Position numbers and translations under genes: made by a program. Below the pieces are notes generated by a model, which ran no database searches, was not told where the DNA came from, and was given only the letters and a program-made list of their open reading frames with translations. DNA of 64,000 nucleotides from Hyphomicrobium sp. (GTDB lineage Bacteria > Pseudomonadota > Alphaproteobacteria > Rhizobiales > Hyphomicrobiaceae), in contig PERI01000006.1 of NCBI GenBank assembly GCA_002928515.1, forward strand, positions 21,670 to 85,669. The letters run 5' to 3'. How positions within the stretch are numbered: position 1 is the stretch's first letter; the number at the start of each line of letters is the position of its first letter. Of this stretch, positions 28,402 through 37,537 are shown piece after piece.

Positions 28402-28707
28402 ATGGCAAAATCGGAATCGACCGGCAAGAAGGTGGCCTCGGCTGCTGCCAAGGTGATGAAAAGCAAGACCGCGAGCAAAGCGGAAAAAGCCGTCGCCGCA
28501 TCGGCGCTGACGCAAAGTAAGAGCAAGACGGAAGCCACCAGCGCCATGGTCGCGTCAGCGGCAGCTCACGTTCTGCGCGATCCAAAAGCCAGCAAAGAAG
28601 GTCGTTCGATTGCGGCATCGACATTGACGCAGAAAGTCGCTGCACCGGCTGCCAAGAAAAAACCTGCCAAGACGCCAGCAAAGAAAAAGCCAGCGAAGAA
28701 AAAGTAA
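28402..28707 (+). CDS. Small basic protein with two 34-aa repeats and a histone-H1-like PAKKK tail
   Basis: In-frame ATG 28402 preceded by AAGGA; clear internal duplication and a Lys/Ala-rich tail (ORF track start 28210). Confidence 0.7.
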   Translation: MAKSESTGKKVASAAAKVMKSKTASKAEKAVAASALTQSKSKTEATSAMVASAAAHVLRDPKASKEGRSIAASTLTQKVAAPAAKKKPAKTPAKKKPAKKK

Positions 28708-28714
28708 CTGGCAG

Positions 28715-29356
28715 CTACGGCATCGCTGCTGAGATCAGTTGCTTGGCTTCATCCGAATCCCATTCGGCCGGTCCTGCCAAGCGACCGACTTCGAGACCGT
28801 CGGCGTTGATCAGGATGGTCGTCGGCATACCGACGATTTTCAGCGCGACGCCCTGTTTGGCTGTCGCATCGACATAAAGCTTCAATGCTTTGGCATTGAC
28901 CTCATCCAAAAACTTTTGCGAGGCCGCAGCACCCTGGCGATCGAGGCTCAAAGCCACGACTTCGAATTTATCGCTACCAAGTTGCTCTTGTAGGCGATTG
29001 AGGGCTGGCATTTCCTCACGACATGGTGCGCACCATGTGGCCCACAGATTGAGAAGAATGGTGCGGCCTTTGAAATCGGATAGTTTGCGTTCACCACCGC
29101 TGGAATCGTTAAAGGTAATATCGGGCAACGGTTCCGGTTGCTTTTTGGTGACGAAGGCGGCCAATTTGCTGAGCTTGAAGGTCGCATTTGCCGGAGCGCC
29201 AATATCTGGCGCAGCCGCGGCTTGTTGAACCGGCGCTGAATTCGTCACAGGCGCGTTGTCGGATCGCCCCATCGTGAGGTATATCGCGGCAAAGCCCGCA
29301 GCCGCTGCGAGAGCTGCGACGCCCCATGTTTTCGCCAGTCCGCTTTCGCTACTCAT
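28715..29356 (-). CDS. tlpA: TlpA-family thioredoxin-like protein
   Basis: TM anchor, LNLWATWCAPCREEMP, GMPTT, GRLAGPAEWDS; divergent from argH as in rhizobia. Confidence 0.9.
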   Translation of the reverse strand: MSSESGLAKTWGVAALAAAAGFAAIYLTMGRSDNAPVTNSAPVQQAAAAPDIGAPANATFKLSKLAAFVTKKQPEPLPDITFNDSSGGERKLSDFKGRTILLNLWATWCAPCREEMPALNRLQEQLGSDKFEVVALSLDRQGAAASQKFLDEVNAKALKLYVDATAKQGVALKIVGMPTTILINADGLEVGRLAGPAEWDSDEAKQLISAAMP

Positions 29357-29408
29357 CTGTTTGTGACCTTACTTTCTTCAAATCCGTTTCCGAGGGAGAC
29401 CGAAACCC

Positions 29409-30818
29409 GTGTCAGACAAACCCGCCAATACTATGTGGGGTGGCCGTTTTGCGATGTCTCCTGCCGAGATCATGCAGGAGATAAATGCCTCGATCGGTTT
29501 CGACAAGCGTTTGGCACCACAAGATATTCGCGGGTCCAGGGCGCATGCGGCGATGCTGGCCGAAGCTGGCATCATCACAAAGGCCGATGCGAAGGAGATA
29601 ACGAAAGGTCTCGATCAGGTGTTAGCCGAGATCGAGGCCGGCACGTTTAAATTTTCGCGCGCGCTCGAAGACGTTCATATGAACGTCGAAAGCCGTTTAA
29701 AAGATCTCATCGGTGCCGCAGCGGGGCGTTTGCACACGGCACGCTCGCGCAACGATCAGGTCGCGACCGATTTTCGGCTCTATGTGCGCGATCAAATTGA
29801 CGGATTGGATGCAGCTCTCGCTGGCGTGCAGCAGGCGCTTGCGGCAAAAGCCGAGGCGCATGCGGGCACCGTGATGCCCGGCTTTACCCATCTGCAACCG
29901 GCTCAACCCGTCACGTTCGGTCATCATCTGCTCGCCTATGTCGAAATGATCGCGCGCGATCGCGGGCGTTTTGCCGATGCACGAAAGCGTTTGAATGAAA
30001 GTCCGCTGGGCTCTGCGGCACTTGCTGGGACGTCATTTCCCATCGATCGGCACAAGACGGCTGAAACGCTCGGCTTCGATAAGCCGATGGCGAATTCGCT
30101 CGATGGCGTTTCCGATCGCGACTTCGCGCTCGAAGTTTTGGCAGCAGCCACCATCTCGTCGATCCACTTCTCGCGCCTTGCCGAAGAGATCGTGATCTGG
30201 ATGACGCCGCAGTTCGGCTTCGTGCAGTTGTCGGACAAGTTCACGACCGGCTCCTCGATCATGCCGCAGAAGCGCAACCCGGATGCCGCCGAACTCTCGC
30301 GCGCCAAGGTCGGGCGCATCGCGGGCGCATTCCAAAGCCTTGCCATGGTTATGAAGGGGCTGCCGCTCGCCTACTCCAAGGACATGCAAGAAGACAAAGA
30401 AGTCACGTTCGATGCTTTGGAGAGTTTCAAGCTCGTGATTGCTGCCATGGCCGGCATGATTGCCGATCTCGAACCCGTTCCAGAGGTAATGCGGGCTGCC
30501 GCCGGTCGGGGTTATTCCACCGCCACCGATTTGGCCGACTGGCTGGTGCGCGAGTTGAAAATGCCGTTCCGTGACGCTCATCATGTCACAGGGTCCATCG
30601 TGAAGGCGGCTGAAAAGCGCGGCATTGAGCTTGACGCGATGCCTCTTGCCGACATGCAGGCCGTCGAGCCGCGCATCACAAAGGCCGTGTTTTCGGTGCT
30701 GTCGGTCGAGAATTCGGTCAAAAGCCGGGTCAGCTATGGGGGAACCGCGCCACAGAACGTCCTTAAAATGGCGAAAGGGTGGATCAAGCGGTTGGAAAAG
30801 GAGCGGGGGAAGGGCTAG
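29409..30818 (+). CDS. argH: Argininosuccinate lyase
   Basis: [49 protein letters not shown]. Confidence 0.97.
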   Translation: MSDKPANTMWGGRFAMSPAEIMQEINASIGFDKRLAPQDIRGSRAHAAMLAEAGIITKADAKEITKGLDQVLAEIEAGTFKFSRALEDVHMNVESRLKDLIGAAAGRLHTARSRNDQVATDFRLYVRDQIDGLDAALAGVQQALAAKAEAHAGTVMPGFTHLQPAQPVTFGHHLLAYVEMIARDRGRFADARKRLNESPLGSAALAGTSFPIDRHKTAETLGFDKPMANSLDGVSDRDFALEVLAAATISSIHFSRLAEEIVIWMTPQFGFVQLSDKFTTGSSIMPQKRNPDAAELSRAKVGRIAGAFQSLAMVMKGLPLAYSKDMQEDKEVTFDALESFKLVIAAMAGMIADLEPVPEVMRAAAGRGYSTATDLADWLVRELKMPFRDAHHVTGSIVKAAEKRGIELDAMPLADMQAVEPRITKAVFSVLSVENSVKSRVSYGGTAPQNVLKMAKGWIKRLEKERGKG

Positions 30819-30869
30819 AAGTGTTGCTTATTCCCTTGCAGCGTTCCTCACGGAATCGGCTGGAGACTT

Positions 30870-31097
30870 ATGCCCGTTATGACGTTTGATCGCTTGCCGT
30901 CTCGGATTTCTCTGGTTGTCGTCGCGCTCGCGGCGCTGACGCTGGGCGCTTGCGGGGTTAAAGGACCGCTTGATCCTCCCGCTCAGGCGAAAGCCGAAGG
31001 TCAGACAAAATCGGCCGAAGCTGCCGCTGCTGGCGAAAACTCCGCAGCACCACCAAAACCGCATGAGCCTTTCGTGCTCGATGGTTTGTTGCGGTAG
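30870..31097 (+). CDS. Small lipoprotein, LptM/YifL-like
   Basis: Lipobox LGAC followed by GVKGPLDPP (CGxKGPL motif); upstream of lysA. Confidence 0.75.
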   Translation: MPVMTFDRLPSRISLVVVALAALTLGACGVKGPLDPPAQAKAEGQTKSAEAAAAGENSAAPPKPHEPFVLDGLLR

Positions 31098-31239
31098 GCT
31101 GCTTTGATGACTCGCTTGTTTTCCACTTCAATCGATGACGATTGCGCGTTTGCTGCAGACCGCTAAAAGCGCTGTCATAATGATTGGATGATTGGGCGCT
31201 GTTCGCTCATCTCCCGTGAATGTCCAGGCCGCCTACCCC

Positions 31240-32514
31240 ATGCATCACTTCACCTACAAGTCCGGCACCTTGCACGCCGAGGACGTGAGCCTCGCAGCGA
31301 TTGCGGACGCCGTCGGCACGCCGTTTTATGCCTATTCGACGGCGACGTTAGAGCGCCATTATCAAGTTTTGGCACACGCGTTTCGCGATTTGGACGCGCT
31401 CATTTGTTTTGCCGTCAAAGCCAACTCCAACCAAGCCGTGCTCGCAACCATGGCGCGTCTCGGCGCTGGGATGGATGTCGTCTCGGAAGGTGAGTTGCGG
31501 CGCGCGCGCGCGGCTGGTGTGCCGGCATCCAAAATCATTTTCGCAGGCGTCGGCAAGACACGCGCTGAAATGGCGTATGCACTCAGCGAAGGTATTCACG
31601 GCTTCAACGTCGAAAGCGAGCCCGAGCTGATCGCATTGAGCGAAGTTGCCAGTGGACTAGGTCAAACCGCTTCGGTCGCCTTGCGCGTCAATCCCGATGT
31701 CGATGCCAAAACGCATGCGAAAATCTCGACCGGGAAATCTGAAAACAAATTCGGCGTGCCGTATAGCGATGCTCGCGAACTCTACGCGCTGGGCGCAACA
31801 TTGCCGGGCATCAAGCTGTCCGGCATTCATATGCACATCGGCAGCCAGATTACCGAATTGCAGCCGTTTCGCGATGCATTCGGTCTGTTGCGCGCCCTTG
31901 CGCTGCAACTGAAATCAGACGGCATCGCGCTCGAACATCTCGACATTGGCGGCGGTCTGGGCGTGCCTTATCGCGGCACAAACGATATGCCGCCCCATCC
32001 CGACGCTTACGCCGCTGTTGTCACAGAACTGCTGGGTGATTTAGGTCTCAAAATCGTGCTTGAACCCGGACGCATGATCGTCGGCAATGCCGGTGTTCTC
32101 GTCACGTGCGTTATCGCGGTCAAAGAAGGTGCGGACAAAACATTCACCATCGTCGATGCGGCAATGAACGATTTGCTGCGTCCGACCTTGTATGAGGCGC
32201 ATCACGACATCTGGCCACTCGCAGAGGGCAAGTCTGCCATGGCGCCGGTGCAACAAGATGTTGTCGGCCCGGTCTGTGAGACGGGCGATTATCTGGCCCA
32301 GGACCGAGCTTTGCCGCCGTTGGTGTCTGGTGATTTGCTGGCGGTCATGACGGCTGGCGCATACGGCGCGGTTATGGCCTCTACCTATAATACCCGCTTG
32401 TTGGTGCCAGAAGTACTGGTCAACGGTGATGTTTTCGCGGTCGTTCGGCCACGACCCAGCTATGACGATCTGATCGGTGCAGACCGGTTGCCGCCCTGGC
32501 TATCCAACGCCTAA
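31240..32514 (+). CDS. lysA: Diaminopimelate decarboxylase
   Basis: FAVKANSN (PLP Lys), STGKSENKFG, HMHIGSQI, DIGGGLG, EPGR, GPVCETGD, GAYG. Start moved to MHHF 31240. Confidence 0.96.
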   Translation: MHHFTYKSGTLHAEDVSLAAIADAVGTPFYAYSTATLERHYQVLAHAFRDLDALICFAVKANSNQAVLATMARLGAGMDVVSEGELRRARAAGVPASKIIFAGVGKTRAEMAYALSEGIHGFNVESEPELIALSEVASGLGQTASVALRVNPDVDAKTHAKISTGKSENKFGVPYSDARELYALGATLPGIKLSGIHMHIGSQITELQPFRDAFGLLRALALQLKSDGIALEHLDIGGGLGVPYRGTNDMPPHPDAYAAVVTELLGDLGLKIVLEPGRMIVGNAGVLVTCVIAVKEGADKTFTIVDAAMNDLLRPTLYEAHHDIWPLAEGKSAMAPVQQDVVGPVCETGDYLAQDRALPPLVSGDLLAVMTAGAYGAVMASTYNTRLLVPEVLVNGDVFAVVRPRPSYDDLIGADRLPPWLSNA

Positions 32515-32596
32515 TACTCGTCGAAATTGACAGACTGCAAACACGCTTAACCTTGCATTTTGTTAAGGTGCGAGTGGCTGCGCACATGCTAACTTT

Positions 32597-35335
32597 ATGA
32601 GCATGGCAAACCGCGATCCCATGACCCCTGACCCTATAACTCCAGACCCGAGCATGGCGCGGGTGCTTGCGCGCAAATTGCGCTTGAGCAAATGGGCTTT
32701 GTTCTTCGAGCGTTTGTGGCCACGGCTTTGGGTTCTGATCGGTCTTGCTGCGCTGTTTGTGGCGTTGTCGCTGGCTGGCATCTGGCCGCACGTTCCGGAA
32801 CTCAGCCATAAAATCATTCTCGCGTTGTTTGCATTGGCGGGCGTTGCCTCGCTCGTGTTCGCGCTGCGCGTGCCTTGGCCAACACGCGATGAAGCTATGC
32901 GGCGCATCGAGCGTCGCTCGGGCGTGCCGCATCGTCCGGCCTCGTCGTACGAGGATACGCTCACTGCACAGTCGGGCAATGCAGAGACGAGCGCGTTGTG
33001 GCAGGCGCATCGGACACGCTTGTCGGCGGCTATTCAGCGCCTCAAAGTGGGTTCGCCCAGTCCGCGCGCCGACCGCTTCGATCCGTTGGCGGTGCGCGCA
33101 TTGGCGCTTCTGATCCTGGTGCCTGCTGCCTTATTGGCGACGGGAAGTTTCAGCGATCGCTTGGCGTCGGCATTTCGTTTCGGTGTTGGTGAGCTTGGTC
33201 CGCAAGCGCGCCTCGATGCTTGGGTCACGCCACCGCCTTACACGGCATTGCCGCCTGTGTTGCTCGCCGATGGCGGTGCTGTTGCAGGCGCTGCCAATCC
33301 TGCAACGGCCAAGCTCATCGAAGTTCCTGAGCGCAGTCTTTTGACGTTGCGCGGCATCGGCTTTTCCGCGCCCGGCGTTAAAATTGAAATTCTCGGCGAA
33401 GGTGCAACTGGCCCCGAAATCGTCAACGCCGAAGCACCAAAGGCTGGCGACACGTCCGGTCTTTCTGAAGTTCGCTTCGAGATCAAGAGATCGGCGATCA
33501 TTCGCGCGCTGAACGGTTCGCGCGAGTTGGCGCAATGGACGTTTGGCGTCATTCCCGATCAGTTGCCGCGCATCACGCTCGATAAACAGATGGATCGGAC
33601 GCCGCGCGGTTCGCTGAAACTGGGCTACAAAGCCGAAGACGATTATGGCGTGCAATCGGCGGTCGCCAAATTTCGACAACCGAAAGCTAAGGAAGGCGAC
33701 AAGAGTAAAGCTTGGGCACGCCTTGCGCCTTTGAAGGGTGCGCGTTTGCCGCCGGAGCGTCCGCCCGTACTGACTTTGAAAATCCCGCGCCCTGGTGAGA
33801 AAGCCGTCGAGGCTTCGACATTGCTCGATCTTGGCGAACATCCCTTGGCGGGACAGCGCGTTGAGATGTGGCTTGAGGCGACCGACGTTGGCGGTCAGAT
33901 CGGCCGCAGCGAACCTGTCGAGATCGTTTTGCCTTCTCGTCGTTTTAATAAGCCACTCGCGCGCGCCGTCATCGAGCAGCGCCGCAAGCTTGCGGAGGAT
34001 TCACGCCATCGGCCGATGGTTGCGCGTGCGCTCGATGCGCTGACGATTGCGCCTGAAGGGTTCATAGAGCCATCGTCGATTTATCTTGGCTTGCGCGCCG
34101 TGCATCATCGCTTGGCGCGTGAGGGCCGACGCTCGGCTATTAAAGAGTCTATCGATCACTTGTGGCAGTTGGCGTTGCGGATCGAGGATGGCGCTCTGTC
34201 GGAAGCCGAGCGTGCTTTGAAAGATGCACAGGATAAGCTTGCCGATGCCCTTCAAAAAGGCGCGGAAGACAAAGAGATTCAAGATCTGATCGCGGAGCTG
34301 AAGCAAAAGCTCAACGACTATTTGCAAGAAATGGAAAAGAACGCTCAGAAGGATCAGCCGCAAAGCGATCCCAATGGCGAACAGGAACCACAGCAGCAGG
34401 ATCAGTTAGGCCAGCAAGATCTCGACCAGATGATGAAGGATCTGGAAAAGACGGCCAAGGAAGGCTCGCGCGAGGAAGCTGAAAAAATGCTCGCCGACTT
34501 GAAAGAGTTGATGGAGCGCTTGCAGTCGGCGAACTCGCCGGAAGCAAAAGCCGAGCAGAAGCGCGCGCAAGACATGATGAAAAAGCTCGATCAGTTGAGC
34601 GATCTTGCCGGTCAGCAGCAAAAGCTCATGGACGATACCTTCAAAGAGAACAACAAGCCGCCGCAGGATGGCGATGCGGTGCAAAGCGATCGCAACACCG
34701 GCGACAAAACCGGTAAGCAGCAGCGCCAAGGGCAGTCTGGTCAGCAAGGCCAGCAGCGCGGCGAGCAAAGCGACCAAGGTCCTCCGAGCGGGCAGGAGTT
34801 AGGCGGCGATCAGCAAGCAGAAGGCGAACCCGGTCAAGGCAAGAGCGGCAAGAACGGTAATACGCCGAACGATCCACAAACGTTGAAAGAGCGCCAGGCG
34901 CAACTGCGTAAAAACTTAGAGCAGTTGAAAAAAGACCTCGAAGAGATGGGTGCGGGCGATCCCGATAAACTCGGCAAGGCCGAAGAGGCTATGGGTGAAG
35001 CGGAAGAAGCCTTGAAGGAAGGCGACTTCGAAGAGGCAGGCGAACAACAAGCTCAAGCGCTCGAACAAATGCGCCAAAGCGCGCAAGCCATGGCGCAAGA
35101 GATGCAAGAGAATGCGCAGCAGAAAGTTGGACGCGGTGGCGACTCACCGCGCGATCCGCTAGGTCGTCCGCAGCGCTCGCAGGGTCCTGATCTTGGTACT
35201 TCGGTCAAAGTTCCTAATGCGATTGATGCGCAGCGCGCGCGTGAAATTCTCGATGAATTGCGCAAGCGTGCCGGTGAGAACCTGCGTCCGCCAACGGAGC
35301 TTGATTATATCGAGCGCTTATTGCGCCGGTTCTGA
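32597..35335 (+). CDS. TIGR02302/DUF4175-family large membrane protein
   Basis: WERLWP-type N-terminus, LDAWVTPPPYT.LPP, DDYG, helical Gln/Glu-rich C-half ending RDPLGRP...RAREILDELRKR.GE..RP..ELDYIERLL; downstream of lysA. Confidence 0.85.
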   Translation: MSMANRDPMTPDPITPDPSMARVLARKLRLSKWALFFERLWPRLWVLIGLAALFVALSLAGIWPHVPELSHKIILALFALAGVASLVFALRVPWPTRDEAMRRIERRSGVPHRPASSYEDTLTAQSGNAETSALWQAHRTRLSAAIQRLKVGSPSPRADRFDPLAVRALALLILVPAALLATGSFSDRLASAFRFGVGELGPQARLDAWVTPPPYTALPPVLLADGGAVAGAANPATAKLIEVPERSLLTLRGIGFSAPGVKIEILGEGATGPEIVNAEAPKAGDTSGLSEVRFEIKRSAIIRALNGSRELAQWTFGVIPDQLPRITLDKQMDRTPRGSLKLGYKAEDDYGVQSAVAKFRQPKAKEGDKSKAWARLAPLKGARLPPERPPVLTLKIPRPGEKAVEASTLLDLGEHPLAGQRVEMWLEATDVGGQIGRSEPVEIVLPSRRFNKPLARAVIEQRRKLAEDSRHRPMVARALDALTIAPEGFIEPSSIYLGLRAVHHRLAREGRRSAIKESIDHLWQLALRIEDGALSEAERALKDAQDKLADALQKGAEDKEIQDLIAELKQKLNDYLQEMEKNAQKDQPQSDPNGEQEPQQQDQLGQQDLDQMMKDLEKTAKEGSREEAEKMLADLKELMERLQSANSPEAKAEQKRAQDMMKKLDQLSDLAGQQQKLMDDTFKENNKPPQDGDAVQSDRNTGDKTGKQQRQGQSGQQGQQRGEQSDQGPPSGQELGGDQQAEGEPGQGKSGKNGNTPNDPQTLKERQAQLRKNLEQLKKDLEEMGAGDPDKLGKAEEAMGEAEEALKEGDFEEAGEQQAQALEQMRQSAQAMAQEMQENAQQKVGRGGDSPRDPLGRPQRSQGPDLGTSVKVPNAIDAQRAREILDELRKRAGENLRPPTELDYIERLLRRF

Positions 35336-35375
35336 TGCGGTTATGCCAGCGGCAGAGTCATTTGTTTTTTCGCAG

Positions 35376-36332
35376 TTACGGTGCAGCGATACCGGCCGTT
35401 GGTTTGGCTGCGAAGCGCACCGTGAAACCGCTGACGACTTGATGGCTGGTCAAAGTCGTTGCCGCCCATCCGCCGGGCGGTTCTTCTCCCGACCACCAGC
35501 GCGAAAACTGACGCCACATGTCGATGGGTAACCATGACCCGTCGCGTCCTGTCAGCGGCGCTAAATAATCGGCAGTCGTGAATTTGTATTCGATGAACAC
35601 CGATCCGGTTTTCAATCGGTACTCGATGCCAAACAGCGCCTGCGCGTTGGGTCCGGTGTATTGATACTCATAGGTCCGAGACGGATCTGTTCTAACATGC
35701 AATTCAGAGTGCGGCAGCGAAATGCCGCCACCAGCGCCCGCATACGGAATAATCGGTCCGAACGATGCAAAGCGCATCAGACCGTTCAGCGTCAGCATGT
35801 TGTGGCCATGCGTGAATTCGAGCTTGCTGAAATAGTCCTTCAATTGGGCCGTTTCAGGCGCTGGTGCACCATTCAGCGTGCCTTCGAGTTTGGTGTCGGT
35901 CTTTAATGGTGCGAACGCTTTGGAGTGCGTGAAGTCGATCATCGTGCCGAACGTGCCGCCCGCCATCCAACGCTGAATGCGCCAGCCGTAATAGAGTGGA
36001 TTGTCGAATGGCAGCGTGAACCAGTTCACGTCTTTGATCGTCAGATCGTGACGACCTTCCTTCGTGAGCTTGAAGTCGCTGGGGTAGTGATAGGGCGCAC
36101 CGAGATAAGCGCCGATGGCTGTTTCACGTCCTGGTCGCGATGCGACATCTGCGGGCGCGACGGACGCACCACCCGTTGCGCTGCTATCGCGCGGTAGAGC
36201 TGCCATGGTCACAAGCCCAATGGCGGCAATCGCTGCGGCTGTCGCGTGTGCCGCGTGACGCCACCTGTCTGGCTGGCGCGGCATATCCCAAGTACCGCCT
36301 GCGTATGCGGTGCTGACTAGACTGTCCGACAT
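35376..36332 (-). CDS. Outer-membrane beta-barrel protein, lipid A oxidase (LpxQ)-like
   Basis: PLYYGWRIQRW, IDFTHSKA, LEFTHGHNMLTLNG, PYAGAGGGISLPH.E, FIEYKF resemble the LpxQ family pattern as recalled; alternating beta-strands. Confidence 0.55.
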   Translation of the reverse strand: MSDSLVSTAYAGGTWDMPRQPDRWRHAAHATAAAIAAIGLVTMAALPRDSSATGGASVAPADVASRPGRETAIGAYLGAPYHYPSDFKLTKEGRHDLTIKDVNWFTLPFDNPLYYGWRIQRWMAGGTFGTMIDFTHSKAFAPLKTDTKLEGTLNGAPAPETAQLKDYFSKLEFTHGHNMLTLNGLMRFASFGPIIPYAGAGGGISLPHSELHVRTDPSRTYEYQYTGPNAQALFGIEYRLKTGSVFIEYKFTTADYLAPLTGRDGSWLPIDMWRQFSRWWSGEEPPGGWAATTLTSHQVVSGFTVRFAAKPTAGIAAP

Positions 36333-36380
36333 AACTGCCCCCCGAATATTTTCGTTCGCCAGATATTACGATGACGGAGA

Positions 36381-37466
36381 TTATTTTGAGAGCGCTTCCA
36401 GCATGCCTCGCACTGCGGCAATCTGAGGCGCGTCACGCGTGAGATAACCGTCTCCGGTATAGCCCCACCAATCCCAGCATCCTTGTGGATTGAGCGGCGT
36501 GGTTGCGACTTGAGGATATAGAATAATCAGTTTGTTGGTATCGGCCCAACGGTCATATCCGGTCGATGCAATGAACGCATCGCCGACGGTCTCGCGATTT
36601 TGTGCGCAGCCATGGAATGCCACGTGGATGCGGCAGCCTGCATTTTCGCGGCACGCCCGCGGCACATACACGACGCCGGTACCTGCTAGTCCATCCAAAA
36701 CGTCGCGCGGTTTGAATGGACCTTGATCGAAGACAATGGTCTCGCCCGTGGCAGATGCCGCGCGCGGTTTCAGATCGCCATAGATATGTTTCAGGAGATC
36801 ACCGGCTTGATCGTAATCGCAATCGACGACATAGGGCTTTTCCGATCGCTCGCACGCGCTGCCCTCATTTTCGGTGACGAAGGCATGGCCTGCCGGAATG
36901 TCGGTCACGAGCTTGATGTTAGCGGGTGGCACGCCGAGCTTCACATAAAATTCGGCGGCGGCTTTGACGATGCTGGGCACCACCGTGCGGTCTGCCGTCC
37001 CTGAAAATAAATAAACCCGGTCGTTGATAACATCGGCGATCGGATCGATGACGCCGCGCTCAGCGCGCTTTTCGGCTTTACGCGCTAAATCGTCAGGGTT
37101 TGCAACGCCCCAGATGCCGAGCAGGTCCAACATGCAGCCGTTTACGGCTTTGCCGAGATTGAGCCACGCGGTACCAGGAGCCGAGAACGCACCTGCAAAG
37201 ACACTTTCGGAACAGCCATAGGGCCCGCCGGCGATGATCGCTGCGCCAACGACGAGCTTGGCGTGGGCCATTTCAAATTGGCCCGCCATGTAAGCGCCTG
37301 ATGAAATGCCCGAGACCGAAGTTTGATCGATGACAGCGCCGAGTGCCGGAAGTGCTTTTGTTTGTTGATCTGGAGCGCGCTCGCAGGCGGTGAGCGTGAG
37401 AAGCGTTGCTGCCAACCCGATCAGAAAACCGTGGCGTCTGTATTGGCCGCGTTGTTGCGTGCGCAT
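36381..37466 (-). CDS. Extracellular PHB-depolymerase-like esterase, probable lipoprotein
   Basis: LTLTAC lipobox-like motif, SVSGISSGAYMA (GxSxG), GHAF, HVAFHGC, NPQGCWDWWGY. Confidence 0.78.
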   Translation of the reverse strand: MRTQQRGQYRRHGFLIGLAATLLTLTACERAPDQQTKALPALGAVIDQTSVSGISSGAYMAGQFEMAHAKLVVGAAIIAGGPYGCSESVFAGAFSAPGTAWLNLGKAVNGCMLDLLGIWGVANPDDLARKAEKRAERGVIDPIADVINDRVYLFSGTADRTVVPSIVKAAAEFYVKLGVPPANIKLVTDIPAGHAFVTENEGSACERSEKPYVVDCDYDQAGDLLKHIYGDLKPRAASATGETIVFDQGPFKPRDVLDGLAGTGVVYVPRACRENAGCRIHVAFHGCAQNRETVGDAFIASTGYDRWADTNKLIILYPQVATTPLNPQGCWDWWGYTGDGYLTRDAPQIAAVRGMLEALSK

Positions 37467-37537
37467 GCGATGACCTTTGGCGTTGCGTCAGGCCTTGTAG
37501 CCCTATGCTCGGCTGCCAGCTAGAGCGCAAATGAGCC

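Noticed and set aside
32546-32567. CTTAAC-N10-GTTAAG palindrome upstream of the TIGR02302 gene as a CtrA box
   Set aside because: The TTAA half-sites are 12 nt apart rather than 7; it may be another operator but the support is too weak.
34300-35130. Gln/Gly-rich stretch in the TIGR02302 gene as a repeat element
   Set aside because: Low-complexity Gln-rich linkers are normal for this family; there is no exact nucleotide periodicity.
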